From an uncultured delta proteobacterium (GTDB lineage: Bacteria; Myxococcota; Myxococcia; Myxococcales; Anaeromyxobacteraceae): a stretch of DNA of 64,000 nt. This document shows, piece after piece, positions 44,338-54,191 of the stretch. A program made the position numbers and the translations under genes. The DNA lies in assembly GCA_963828255.1 (NCBI GenBank), contig CAWHDZ010000008.1, positions 64,001 to 128,000 on the forward strand, written 5' to 3'. Numbering within the stretch: position 1 is the stretch's first letter; each line of letters opens with the position of its first letter. Under the pieces are notes generated by a model. The model was not told the origin of the DNA. It searched no databases and was given only the letters and a program-made list of their open reading frames with translations.

Positions 44338-45098
44338 GCGCCCTCGAGGAAGCCGGTCGCCGCGGCGGTCACGGCAGCGGGGGCCTCGGTGGCCACCATG
44401 TGCCCCGCGCCGGGAACGACCAGCATGCCCTTGCCGGGGAGCCGGTCGCGCAGGAAGGCCGCGAACTTCGGCGGCGTGAGCCGGTCCTCCTCACCAACCA
44501 CCACCAAGGTGGGCGCGCGGACCGAGCCGAGCCGCTCCATGGCGTCGAAGCCATCACAGGCGGTGAAGTCGCCGTGGAGGACGCCGGGCGCCATCCCGTC
44601 CACGTCGCGGGCCATGACCTGCCGGGCCTCGGCGGAGGCCGTTGGACCGAAGCAGGAGGCGGCCATCATCCCGGACACCTCGGCCCTGCGGGCCGGGTCG
44701 GCGGAGGCCTCGAGGCGGGCGGGCGCGATCCGCAGCCTGGCCCCGGTTCCGACGAGCAGCAGGCCCGCCACCCGCGCGGGCGCCTCCAGGGCCAGCGTGA
44801 GGGCGATGGCGCCTCCCATGGAGTGGCCCGCCAGGACGACCCGGGGGATCCCCAGTGCGTCGAGCATGCCCAGCAGGCAGGTCGCGTAGCCTGCGATGGT
44901 CGTCTCCCCGGGGGGCGGCGCCACACCGTGGCCGGGCAGGTCCACCGAGAGCACGCGGCGGCCGGGCAACTCGCGGAGCGAGGCGGGCCAGGTGCGGTGC
45001 GTGCCCCCGGCGCCGTGGACGAGGAGGAGCGGAACCCCGGCCGCCCCGTCGGGCGCGTGGTCCCAGAATGCGACGCCGCAGGCGATGCTCAGGCCCAT
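44334..45098 (-). CDS. Alpha/beta fold hydrolase
   Basis: LVHGAGG, DLPGHG, GHSMGG nucleophile elbow, GEEDRLTP, GAGHM. Confidence 0.9.
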   Translation of the reverse strand: MGLSIACGVAFWDHAPDGAAGVPLLLVHGAGGTHRTWPASLRELPGRRVLSVDLPGHGVAPPPGETTIAGYATCLLGMLDALGIPRVVLAGHSMGGAIALTLALEAPARVAGLLLVGTGARLRIAPARLEASADPARRAEVSGMMAASCFGPTASAEARQVMARDVDGMAPGVLHGDFTACDGFDAMERLGSVRAPTLVVVGEEDRLTPPKFAAFLRDRLPGKGMLVVPGAGHMVATEAPAAVTAAATGFLEGA

Positions 45099-46459
45099 GC
45101 GCACTCGCAGGTGAAGTGGCGAAGGTAAAGGGACTGCTTGACGATGCGCACACCGCGCACGTCCCGGGCGTTCCTCTTGACGTCGGCGATCACCTCGGCA
45201 GCGTAGTCGAAGTGACTTTGCGTGTACATCCTTCGAGGGAAGGCGAGCCGCACCAGCTCCATGGCGTGGAAGGTCTCCTCCCCGTCGTCGCACCGCCTGC
45301 CGAACATGACCGAGCCGATCTCCACGCCGCGGATCCCCCCTTCCAGATAGAGCGCGTTGGCGAGCGCCCAGGCCGGGTAGCGCTCCACCGCCATGTCGGG
45401 GAGCACCGTGCGGGCGTCGATGTAGACGGCGTGCCCCCCGGTGGGGCGAACGAAACCCACCCCCGCCTCGTCGAGCTTCTCGCCCAGGTACTCGGCGGTG
45501 CGCAGCCGGTAGCGCAGGTACTGCTCGTCGAGCACCTCCTCGAGCCCCACCGCCATGGCCTCGAGGTCCCGCCCGGCCAGGCCGCCGTAGGTGGGGAAGC
45601 CCTCGGTGAGGATGAGCATGTTGCGCACCCCCTCGAGCCACCCGTCGCTCTTCAGGGCCAGGAAGCCTCCGATGTTCACCATGCCGTCCTTCTTGGCGCT
45701 CATGGTGCAGCCGTCGGCCAGCTCGAACATCTCCCGGGCGATCCGCTTCACCGGGACGTCGGCGTAGCCCGGCTCGCGCATCTTCACGAACATGGCGTTC
45801 TCGGCGAAGCGGCAGGCGTCGAGGAGGAGCGGCTTGCCGTGGCGGTGCAGGAGGTCCGCGTAGCCGCGCAGGTTCTCCATCGACACCGGCTGCCCTCCGC
45901 CGGTGTTGTTGGTCACGGTGATCATCCCGAAGGGCACATTCTCCCCCTCGCGCTTCAGGAGATCCTCCACCCGGTCGAGGTCGATGTTCCCCTTGAACGG
46001 GTGGACCGTGGCCGGCTCGAGCCCCTCCCGGATCACCAGGTCGCGGGGCGAGGCGCCGTTCCACTCCAGCAGCGCCCGGGTGGTGTCGAAGTGGCAATTG
46101 CTCGGGACCACGTGGCCCGGCTTGCAGACCGTCCCGAAGAGGATGCGCTCGGCCGCCCTGCCCTGGTGGGTGGGCACGAAGTGGGCGTAGCCGGTGAGGT
46201 CCCGGACCACCGCCTCCAGCCGGTAGAAGCTGCGGGCCCCGGCGTAGCTCTCGTCGCCGAGCATGATGGCCGCCCACTGGCGGGTGCTCATGGCCCCGGT
46301 CCCGGAATCGGTGAGCCAGTCGAGCAGCACGTCCTCGGCCCGGAGCTGGAAGACGTTCAGCTTCGCCGCCGCGAGCAGTTCCTCCCGCTCGGCGCGGGTG
46401 GTCATGCGGATGGGCTCGACCGACTTGATCCGGAACGGCTCGATGAGCGTCTTCGGCAT
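45089..46459 (-). CDS. tnaA: Tryptophanase (beta-eliminating lyase)
   Basis: LTDSGT, THQGRAAE, SAKKD PLP lysine and C-terminal LRHFT (tyrosine phenol-lyase typically has SGKKD and RFFT). Confidence 0.85.
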   Translation of the reverse strand: MPKTLIEPFRIKSVEPIRMTTRAEREELLAAAKLNVFQLRAEDVLLDWLTDSGTGAMSTRQWAAIMLGDESYAGARSFYRLEAVVRDLTGYAHFVPTHQGRAAERILFGTVCKPGHVVPSNCHFDTTRALLEWNGASPRDLVIREGLEPATVHPFKGNIDLDRVEDLLKREGENVPFGMITVTNNTGGGQPVSMENLRGYADLLHRHGKPLLLDACRFAENAMFVKMREPGYADVPVKRIAREMFELADGCTMSAKKDGMVNIGGFLALKSDGWLEGVRNMLILTEGFPTYGGLAGRDLEAMAVGLEEVLDEQYLRYRLRTAEYLGEKLDEAGVGFVRPTGGHAVYIDARTVLPDMAVERYPAWALANALYLEGGIRGVEIGSVMFGRRCDDGEETFHAMELVRLAFPRRMYTQSHFDYAAEVIADVKRNARDVRGVRIVKQSLYLRHFTCECAWA

Positions 46460-46600
46460 GGGTGAGGTGTATCACCGGGGCACGCCCTGCCGGGCCCGGG
46501 GCGCGTGATTCCTCATTTAACGGGGAGGGGGCTTCCAAGTTCGCCTCCGGGCATGGCATTCCAGTGGATCCGATCGCCGCCCCGCCCGCCGGAGGATCCG

Positions 46601-49600
46601 ATGCCCGTTCGCCCGTTCCGCAAGGTCATGGCCGCCAACCGCGGCGAGATCGCCATCCGCATCTTCCGTGCCTGCACCGAGCTCGGCATCCCCACGGTCG
46701 CCATCTACTCGGAGGAGGACCGGCTCTCGCTGCACCGCTACAAGGCCGACGAGGCCTACCAGGTGGGCAAGGGCAAGAAGCCCATCGACGCCTACCTGGG
46801 CATCGACGAGATCGTCGAGCTGGCCCGCCGCGTCGGGGTGGACGCCATCCATCCCGGGTACGGCTTCCTGGCCGAGAACGCCGACTTCGCCGACGCCTGC
46901 GAGAAGGCCGGCATCGCCTTCATCGGCCCCACCGGCGAGATGATGCGCAGCCTGGGCGACAAGGTGGCCGGCCGGCGGGCCGCGGTGGCGGCCGGCGTCC
47001 CGGTGGTGCCGGGCACCCCCGAGCCCATCGTGCACGACGAGCAGGCGCTCATCTTCGCCCGCCAGCACGGCTACCCCATCATCGTGAAGGCTGCCGCCGG
47101 CGGCGGCGGGCGCGGCATGCGGGTGGCCCGCAGCCAGAAGGAGTTGCTCGAGGGGCTCGTCTCGGCGCGCAGCGAGGCCCAGGCCGCCTTCGGCAACCCG
47201 GCCGTCTTCCTGGAGCGCTACGTCGAGAACCCCAAGCACCTCGAGGTCCAGGTGATGGGCGACGCCCACGGCGGGCTCGTCCACTTCTTCGAGCGCGACT
47301 GCTCGGTGCAGCGGCGCCACCAGAAGGTGGTGGAGTTCGCCCCCTCGATGGCGCTCGACGCGGAGCAGCGGGCCGCGCTCTGCGAGGACGCCCTGCGCAT
47401 CTGCCGCCAGGTCTCCTACCGCAACGCCGGGACCATCGAGTTCCTCCTCGACGGGGAGGGGCGCCACTACTTCATCGAGGTGAACCCGCGCATCCAGGTG
47501 GAGCACACCATCACCGAGATGATCACCGGCCGGAACCTGGTCCAGACCCAGATCCGGGTGGCCCAGGGGTACCGGCTCTCCGATCCGGAGATCGGGCTCG
47601 CCACGCAGGCCGCCATCCAGATGCGCGGCTTCGCCATCCAGTGCCGCATCACCACCGAGGACCCCCAGAACGGCTTCGCCCCCGACTTCGGCACCATCAA
47701 GGCCTACCGCACCGCCGGCGGCGCCGGGGTCCGGCTCGACGCCGGCAACGGCTTCACCGGGGCCCAGATCACCCCCCACTACGATTCACTTCTGGTGAAG
47801 ATCTGCACCTGGGCGCTCACCTTCCAGGAGTCGGCGCGCATCATGCACCGCTCGCTCCAGGAGTTCCGCATCCGCGGCGTGAAGACCAACATCCCCTTCC
47901 TCGAGAAGGTGGTGACCCACCCGGTCTTCCTGACGGGGCGCGCCGACACCTCCTTCATCGACCGGCACCCCGAGCTGCTCGTCTCGGCCCGAAAGCAGGA
48001 CCGCGGCTCGAAGCTGCTCTCCTGGATCGGCGAGGTGGTGGTGAACGGCTCTCCCGGCGTCCAGAAGCCGCTCCGGCCGAGCGAGCTTCGCGACGCGCCC
48101 ATCCCGAAGGTGGACCTGGCCTCGCCCCCGCCCCCGGGCACCCGCGACATCCTGCTGGCCCGCGGGCCGGAGGGGCTGGCCGCCTGGGCCCGGGACCAGA
48201 AGGGGCTCCTCTTCACCGACACCACCATGCGCGACGCGCACCAGTCGCTGCTCGCCACCCGGGTGCGCAGCCACGACCTCCTGCGCATCGCCCCGGCCAC
48301 GGCGCGGCTCGGCGCCGGGCTCTTCAGCCTCGAGCTGTGGGGCGGCGCCACCTTCGACGTGGCCATGCGCTTCCTCCGGGAGGATCCCTGGACGCGCCTG
48401 CACCGGCTGCGCGAGGCCATCCCCAACGTCCTCTTCCAGATGCTGCTGCGCGGCTCGAACGCGGTGGGCTACACCAACTACCCCGACAACGTGGTGGAGC
48501 GCTTCGTCGAGGAGGCGGCGGACGGCGGCGTCGACGTCTTCCGGGTCTTCGACGCCCTCAACTGGACCAAGGGCATGACCGTGGCCATGGAGGCGGTGCG
48601 CCGGAGCGGCAAGGTCTGCGAGGCCGCCATGTGCTACACGGGCGACATCACCGACCCCAGGCGCGACAAGTACCCGCTCGACTACTACGTGTCGCTGGCC
48701 CGGGAGCTGGAGCGCATGGGCGCCCATTTCCTGGCGGTGAAGGACATGGCCGGGCTCATGAAGCCCATGGCGGCCCGCAAGCTCTTCACCGCGCTCAAGT
48801 CCGAGGTGGGGCTCCCGGTCCACTTCCACACCCACGACACCTCGGGCGTGGCCTCGGCCTCGGTGCTCGAGGCCGCCGCCGCCGGCGTGGACGTGGTGGA
48901 CGCCGCCCTCTCCTCCCTCTCCGGCCTGACCGCCCAGCCCAACCTGAACTCGCTCGCCGCGGCCCTCTCCGGCACGGGGCGCGACCCGGGCCTCGACCCC
49001 GCGGGCCTGCAGCGCCTGGCCGACTACTGGGAGGCGGTCCGCGAGTGGTACGCGCCCTTCGAGTCGGGGCTGCGCAGCGGGACCGCCGAGGTCTACTGGC
49101 ACGAGATTCCCGGCGGCCAGTACTCCAACTTCCGGCCGCAGGTGGCCGGGCTCGGGCTCCTCGACCGCTGGGAGGAGTGCAAGGACATGTACCGGAAGGT
49201 GAACATCCTCTTCGGGGACATCATCAAGGTGACGCCCACCTCCAAGGTGGTGGGCGACATGGCCATGTTCATGGTGAAGAACGACCTCCAGCCCGAGGAC
49301 GTTCTGGCCCGCGGCGAGGACCTGGCCTTCCCCGAGTCGGTGGTCGGGCTCATGAAGGGCATGCTGGGGCAGGCGCACGGCGGCTTCCCCAAGCGGCTCC
49401 AGGAGGTGGTGCTGAAGGGGCAGGAGCCCATCCACTGCCGGCCCGGCGAGCTGCTCGAGCCCGCCGACATGGAAGCCGAGCGGAAGAGGGCCGAGGAGAA
49501 GGTGGGGGGGCCGGTGGACGCGAAGGGGCTCGTCAGCTGGCTCCTCTACCCCAACGTCTACCCGGAGTTCCGCCGCCACCTCGACGACTACTCCGACACC

Positions 49601-50047
49601 TCGGTCATCCCCACGCCCATCTTCCTCTACGGCCTCGACCCCGGCCAGGAGACCTCGGTCGAGATCGAGCCGGGCAAGACCCTCATCATCAAGCTCAACG
49701 CGGTGGGCAGCCTGCAACCCGACGGAACCCGCAGCGTCTACTTCGAGCTGAACGGCGAGGCCCGCGCGGTGACCATCCGCGACCAGTCCGCCGTCACCAG
49801 CAAGGCGGTCCGTCCCAAGGCCGACCGGGCCAATCCCAAGCACGTGGGCGCACCCATGCCCGGCAAGGTGCTCAAGGTGAACATGATGCCGGGGTCCGCC
49901 ATCCGCGCCGGCGACGTGCTGCTCGTCACCGAGGCCATGAAGATGGAGACCAACGTGAAGCTGAAGGCCGACGCCACGGTGATCGAGGTCCGGGTCAAGG
50001 AGGGCGACAAGGTGGACAAGGACGACCTGGTGGCCGTGCTGGCCTGA
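46601..50047 (+). CDS. pyc: Pyruvate carboxylase
   Basis: ANRGEIAIR biotin carboxylase domain; DTTMRDAHQSLLATR and HTHDT carboxyltransferase domain; EAMKM biotinyl motif; GGAGG SD. Confidence 0.97.
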   Translation: MPVRPFRKVMAANRGEIAIRIFRACTELGIPTVAIYSEEDRLSLHRYKADEAYQVGKGKKPIDAYLGIDEIVELARRVGVDAIHPGYGFLAENADFADACEKAGIAFIGPTGEMMRSLGDKVAGRRAAVAAGVPVVPGTPEPIVHDEQALIFARQHGYPIIVKAAAGGGGRGMRVARSQKELLEGLVSARSEAQAAFGNPAVFLERYVENPKHLEVQVMGDAHGGLVHFFERDCSVQRRHQKVVEFAPSMALDAEQRAALCEDALRICRQVSYRNAGTIEFLLDGEGRHYFIEVNPRIQVEHTITEMITGRNLVQTQIRVAQGYRLSDPEIGLATQAAIQMRGFAIQCRITTEDPQNGFAPDFGTIKAYRTAGGAGVRLDAGNGFTGAQITPHYDSLLVKICTWALTFQESARIMHRSLQEFRIRGVKTNIPFLEKVVTHPVFLTGRADTSFIDRHPELLVSARKQDRGSKLLSWIGEVVVNGSPGVQKPLRPSELRDAPIPKVDLASPPPPGTRDILLARGPEGLAAWARDQKGLLFTDTTMRDAHQSLLATRVRSHDLLRIAPATARLGAGLFSLELWGGATFDVAMRFLREDPWTRLHRLREAIPNVLFQMLLRGSNAVGYTNYPDNVVERFVEEAADGGVDVFRVFDALNWTKGMTVAMEAVRRSGKVCEAAMCYTGDITDPRRDKYPLDYYVSLARELERMGAHFLAVKDMAGLMKPMAARKLFTALKSEVGLPVHFHTHDTSGVASASVLEAAAAGVDVVDAALSSLSGLTAQPNLNSLAAALSGTGRDPGLDPAGLQRLADYWEAVREWYAPFESGLRSGTAEVYWHEIPGGQYSNFRPQVAGLGLLDRWEECKDMYRKVNILFGDIIKVTPTSKVVGDMAMFMVKNDLQPEDVLARGEDLAFPESVVGLMKGMLGQAHGGFPKRLQEVVLKGQEPIHCRPGELLEPADMEAERKRAEEKVGGPVDAKGLVSWLLYPNVYPEFRRHLDDYSDTSVIPTPIFLYGLDPGQETSVEIEPGKTLIIKLNAVGSLQPDGTRSVYFELNGEARAVTIRDQSAVTSKAVRPKADRANPKHVGAPMPGKVLKVNMMPGSAIRAGDVLLVTEAMKMETNVKLKADATVIEVRVKEGDKVDKDDLVAVLA

Positions 50048-50054
50048 GGACGGC

Positions 50055-51050
50055 CTACCTGGCCTTGCCGGTCACCGCCGCGAGCAGCCTCTCCAGATCC
50101 GAGGCCAGGTAGGGCTTGGGGAGCACCCCGGCGAAGCCGAACTGCCCCGGCGAGGACATCACCGCGGCGTCGAAGTGGCCGCTGCGCCTTCCGCAGCTCC
50201 TCCTCGATCCTCTCCCGCTCGGTGATGTCGAGGAGGAACACCAGCATGGCCGGGCGACCCAGGTGCTGGATGGGATGGGCCAGCTGCTCCACCTTCCGCA
50301 CCCCGCCCGGGATCACCACACGGTAGGTGATGGGCCGGACCGTCGGGCGAGGGCGGCTCGAGGGAGAGCGTCACCTCCGCCCAGAGGGTCTGGCCGTTCC
50401 TGCGGATCCCGCGCCGGACGAGGGACCCGGTCTCGGCTTCCCCGGTGCGGACCCTGCGGGCCGCCTCATCGTCCGCGGCCCGGTCCTCCGGGTGGACGAT
50501 GTCGGTCCGACGCATCCGGGCCAGTTCCCCCGCGTCGTGGCCCGTGATCTCGCAGCAGCGCAGGTCCACATGGAGGAAGCGGTCCTCGGCGTCCACCGTG
50601 AAGATGCCCGCCGGGGCGCGCTCGAAGGTCGTGCGGCAGCGCGTGAACTCGAGGGTCCAGGCCTGCTGATCCACCGGGAGGGGAATCGAGAAGGTGAGCT
50701 CGACCGGCGCGACGCCGCCCGGCCCCGGTCGCGCGCGCGCTCCGGCCTCACCCGGTAGTCCGTGAATCCCTCACCCCGGACCGACTGCTCGTGGGCGGCG
50801 AGTTCCCCAGGAGGGATCCGGATCGCGAATCCGATTCCCTGGATCTCGGCGTAGGAGTTCCCGAGGTGAAGGCCGTCGACGTAGCGGCGGAACTCCTCGC
50901 GGTTGACGCGGCTGGAAGCGGCGAAGAGCCCCACCGTGCCGCGCAGGATCTGGTCGTAGGCCTCGAACCGTTCCGCGACCTTGGTTTCGACGCGACCGGC
51001 AGCAGGCCGATCCAGCGTCGCTCACTTGGACGCAGGGTCAGTCCGGCCAT
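50055..51050 (-). pseudogene. Deletion-fragmented CHASE-PAS-PAS hybrid sensor kinase remnant
   Basis: Across several frames: start MAGLTLR with SD; CHASE piece (FEAYDQILRGTVGLFAAS...IQGIGFA); PAS (FERAPAGIF...VHPED); PAC (DITERERIEEELRKAQ); receiver tail (GFAGVLPKPY...TAG at 50055); no kinase core. Confidence 0.8.
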
Positions 51051-51189
51051 CGCCCTCCCCCGGGCTACCGGACTCGAATCCCTGGATGATGTCACGCCCG
51101 GGCGGGCTTCCGGGGCGCCCTGGGTGGGTGCACCCTCGGCTTCCCCGACCGGTGTGGCCGGCGACACCGGAAGTCCCTATCGTGGACGG

Positions 51190-51765
51190 ATGAAGACGCC
51201 CCTTCTCGCCGCGCTCGCCGTGGCCATCGCCGGCTGCGCCACCCTCGACTCGGCCACGCAGCCCACCGTGCCGGTTCCCATGTCGCAGGTCCCTCCCGGA
51301 CGGCCGGGCCAGAACCCGGGCCTGGCGGGCGAGGTGAGCTGGGCCGACGTCTCCCGGGTCCAGGCCACGCGGGGCGCCGCCTTCGACGACTGGGCGGTGA
51401 ATGGGCCGGACTGGAAGGTCGTGCGCCGGGTGGACGGGACATGGGCGGGAACCTTCATGGGCCGGCCGGTGACGCTGGCCCCCGCGCTGGGCACCATCTC
51501 GGGCTCCGGCATCGACCTCGTCGTGGAGCGGCACGGCGCCGGGACCTGGATCACCGGGACGGTCTTCGACGCGCCGGTGAAGTTCGAGGTCTCGATCTCC
51601 AGGGTGAAGGGGTTCGCCGGTGGGAACGCCTTCGACCTCGCGCGGCAGGGGCCCGGGCAGTACGACGGCCCGTCCGGGATGCTCACGCTGCGCGGCGCCG
51701 CGGGCACCAACGCCGCCCCCATGCCGCAGGTGGCGCTGGCGCTCGTGGCCGCGCTCGTGCGCTGA
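51190..51765 (+). CDS. Hypothetical beta-rich lipoprotein
   Basis: MKTPLLAALAVAIAGC lipobox; GC-biased third codon positions. Confidence 0.7.
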   Translation: MKTPLLAALAVAIAGCATLDSATQPTVPVPMSQVPPGRPGQNPGLAGEVSWADVSRVQATRGAAFDDWAVNGPDWKVVRRVDGTWAGTFMGRPVTLAPALGTISGSGIDLVVERHGAGTWITGTVFDAPVKFEVSISRVKGFAGGNAFDLARQGPGQYDGPSGMLTLRGAAGTNAAPMPQVALALVAALVR

Positions 51766-51776
51766 CGCTGCCGCGC

Positions 51777-52460
51777 CTAGGGGGAGATGGCGAGTCCCAG
51801 GGTCAGGTCCCCCTGGACGATGGGGATGCCGGAGTTCACCGTCAGTGACGCACCGCCCGGGCCGGAGAGGAAGGTCCCGGAATTGAAGAACACCGGCATG
51901 AGGAAGCGGGCCTGGAAGCGCAGGCCGATGGCCTCGGAGATCCACCACTTCACGCCGCCGCCCAGGTTGAAGGCGAAGAGCCAGGTGTCCTGGGGCTGGA
52001 TGGTCGACGCGCCTTCCACCTGCACGTCGGACGGGCTGAACCAGGCCAGCCCCAGCCCGCCGGAGATGAAGGGCTCGAGCTTTCCCTGGGAGAAGGTCGT
52101 GAGCCCGCCCACCTGGAGGTACTGGGTGGTCACGCCGAAGGGCGGGCTGCTCGCGTAGAAGATGCTCCTGGAGTCGAAGTGCGCCCGGGGCCGGGCGAAG
52201 AGGTAGAGCACCTCCACCTGCGACTTCCCGTCCACCTGGATGCCCAGCGCCACCCCGGCGTCTGGGCCGGGGTCGAAGGACAGGGTGCCAGCCGAGGTGT
52301 TCACGCCGGAACTCCAGAAGAGGCCGCCCCATGGGGTGACCTCGATGGTCCGCGGCGAGGGCTCCTGGTACCCCTGGCGGGTGTAGGACTGGGCTCCCGC
52401 CGGGCCGGCGGCCCAGGCCAGCAGGAAGACCAGGAGCTTCGAGGCACTCCGTGGATTCAC
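51777..52460 (-). CDS. Outer membrane beta-barrel domain protein
   Basis: Signal peptide, IEVTPWGG, EPFISGGLG, FAFNLGGGVKWW, IGLRFQAR; GGAGG SD. Confidence 0.78.
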   Translation of the reverse strand: MNPRSASKLLVFLLAWAAGPAGAQSYTRQGYQEPSPRTIEVTPWGGLFWSSGVNTSAGTLSFDPGPDAGVALGIQVDGKSQVEVLYLFARPRAHFDSRSIFYASSPPFGVTTQYLQVGGLTTFSQGKLEPFISGGLGLAWFSPSDVQVEGASTIQPQDTWLFAFNLGGGVKWWISEAIGLRFQARFLMPVFFNSGTFLSGPGGASLTVNSGIPIVQGDLTLGLAISP

Positions 52461-52553
52461 GCGGTGTCGCCCTCCGGACGCCGAGTGTAGTGCCCCGGCG
52501 CCACCTGTCACGAACCATGACGGACCCCGCTCCCTGCGTGTAGGATCCCCCGG

Positions 52554-52793
52554 ATGTCCTGCCCCGCCTGCGGCTCCCCGAGGGTGCGTCCCTCCCGACC
52601 CAGGGGCGGGCGCGAGACCTTCCTCCGGCTCTGGACCATGACCCGGTACCACCAGTGCCGGGAGTGCGGATGGCGCGCGCGCCTTCCCAGGACCACGCGC
52701 GACGCAGGGAGCGATCCCCCCGACCTTCGCTTCTGGACCGTGGCGGTCCTCGTGGCGCTGGGATTCGTCTACGTGCTCTTCCGGGCCGGCTGA
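52554..52793 (+). CDS. Small Zn-ribbon protein with C-terminal TM helix
   Basis: CPACGS...CRECGW plus hydrophobic C-terminus. Confidence 0.65.
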   Translation: MSCPACGSPRVRPSRPRGGRETFLRLWTMTRYHQCRECGWRARLPRTTRDAGSDPPDLRFWTVAVLVALGFVYVLFRAG

Positions 52794-52815
52794 GGGCGCC
52801 GGCCGGTGTGCGACC

Positions 52816-53142
52816 TCAGCCGCGCTGCCGCAGGAGCCCCAGCAGTCCGGCCATGATCCCGCGCTCCTCCGGGCCCGCGACGGCGTCGATCTCCCCCCGG
52901 TCGAGGAAGACGCCACCGCAGGCGAAGCAGACGTCCGCCTGCACGCCCCGGTAGGCCACCTCCTGGAGTTCCAGTCCGCACTTGGGGCACCGCATGTGGT
53001 GGAGCACGCGCAGCCGCTCCCTCTCCGCGAGCTCGGTCGAGAGCCGCACCTGGAGGGCCAGCTTCCGCTTCTTCTCCGCGTCCTCGCGCGCGAAGAACTC
53101 CTCCTCCGCGAGATTCGTCTTCATCGACTTGGCATCTGCCAT
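52816..53142 (-). CDS. zf-TFIIB-like Zn-ribbon protein with N-terminal EEEFF helix
   Basis: EEEFFARED helix; MRCPKCG...DVCFACGGVFLDRGEI; GAGGAG SD. Confidence 0.85.
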   Translation of the reverse strand: MADAKSMKTNLAEEEFFAREDAEKKRKLALQVRLSTELAERERLRVLHHMRCPKCGLELQEVAYRGVQADVCFACGGVFLDRGEIDAVAGPEERGIMAGLLGLLRQRG

Positions 53143-53191
53143 GGCGTGTTCTCCTCTGGTGAACGTGGGTTCGTGGACTTCGGTGTCGAGG

Positions 53192-54085
53192 TCAGCCGTG
53201 CTGCGGGCGGCGGGGGGCGGCGCCGCGGACGAGGTGGTTGCCCGGGGTCTCGAGCGCCAGCGCGCGCAGGCGGCGGACGCGTTCCTCGGCCGGCGGGTGC
53301 GTGGAGAAGAGCCGGGTGAGGCCGGAGAGCGCCCCGAAGGGGTTCACGATGTAGAGGCTGGCGGTGGCCGGCTCGGCCTGGGCGGGAACCTGCTCGGCCT
53401 CCCGGTGCAGCTTCTCGAGGGCGCTGGCCAGGGCCAGGGGGTCGCCGCTGAGCCGGGCGCCGGTCTCGTCGGCCAGGTACTCGCGGGACCGGGAGATGCC
53501 CAGCTGGACGAGGGTGGCCCCGATGGGGGCGACCAGCGCGAAGAGCAGTCCCGAGCCGCCGGACCCCTCCTCCTCGCCATCGCGGCCGCCGAGCAGGCCG
53601 GAGAAGGCGAAGACGCTGCCGAGGTGGCTCACCGCGGTGGCCAGCCCGGCCGCGACCGTGGCCACCAGCACGTCGCGGTTGGCGACGTGGGCGATCTCGT
53701 GGGCCAGCACGCCCCGCACCTCGCGGGGTCCGAGGACCTCGAGCAGGCCACGGGTCACGGCCACGGCCGCCTTCTCGGGGTTCCGGCCGGTCGCGAAGGC
53801 GTTGGCGTACGGGGCGTCGATGAGGAGGACGCGCGGCTTCGGCAGCCCTGCCCGTGTGGAGAGCTCCTCCACCATCCGGTGCAGCTCGGTCTCCTCCTCG
53901 CGCGAGACCTCCCGCGCGCCCGACATGCGCAGCACCAGCCGGTCGGAGAAGAACCAGGCGAACAGGTTCATGCCGAGCGCCAGCGCGAGCGCCCCCCACA
54001 TCCACTGCGGGCCCAGGGCGGCCCCGGCGGCGACGACCAGCGCCGAGAGCGCGCCGAGGAGAAGGATGGTCTTCAGCTGGTTCAT
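53192..54085 (-). CDS. htpX: Zinc metalloprotease HtpX (M48)
   Basis: NAFATGRNP, AHEIAH, ISRSREYLAD, FSTHPP. Confidence 0.92.
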   Translation of the reverse strand: MNQLKTILLLGALSALVVAAGAALGPQWMWGALALALGMNLFAWFFSDRLVLRMSGAREVSREEETELHRMVEELSTRAGLPKPRVLLIDAPYANAFATGRNPEKAAVAVTRGLLEVLGPREVRGVLAHEIAHVANRDVLVATVAAGLATAVSHLGSVFAFSGLLGGRDGEEEGSGGSGLLFALVAPIGATLVQLGISRSREYLADETGARLSGDPLALASALEKLHREAEQVPAQAEPATASLYIVNPFGALSGLTRLFSTHPPAEERVRRLRALALETPGNHLVRGAAPRRPQHG

Positions 54086-54157
54086 CGTGCTTCCTCCGTG
54101 TGCGGCGATCCGTCGCCGGCAGGGAGAAAGGTAAGGGCCCGCAATCCTGCGGCCATC

Positions 54158-54191
54158 ACGAAATGTCTACGTATGATTTAGGTTTTGCCTA
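54158..54191 (-). promoter_or_regulatory. LysR-type operator upstream of htpX, overlapping the regulator's 3' end
   Basis: T-N11-A box with perfect dyad TAGG-N5-CCTA (54179-54191); 16/26 identity to the site upstream of the terC/alx-like gene. Confidence 0.55.

Noticed and set aside
45089..46459. Tyrosine phenol-lyase assignment
   Set aside because: SAKKD and RHFT match tryptophanase better than the SGKKD/RFFT of TPL, though specificity needs an assay
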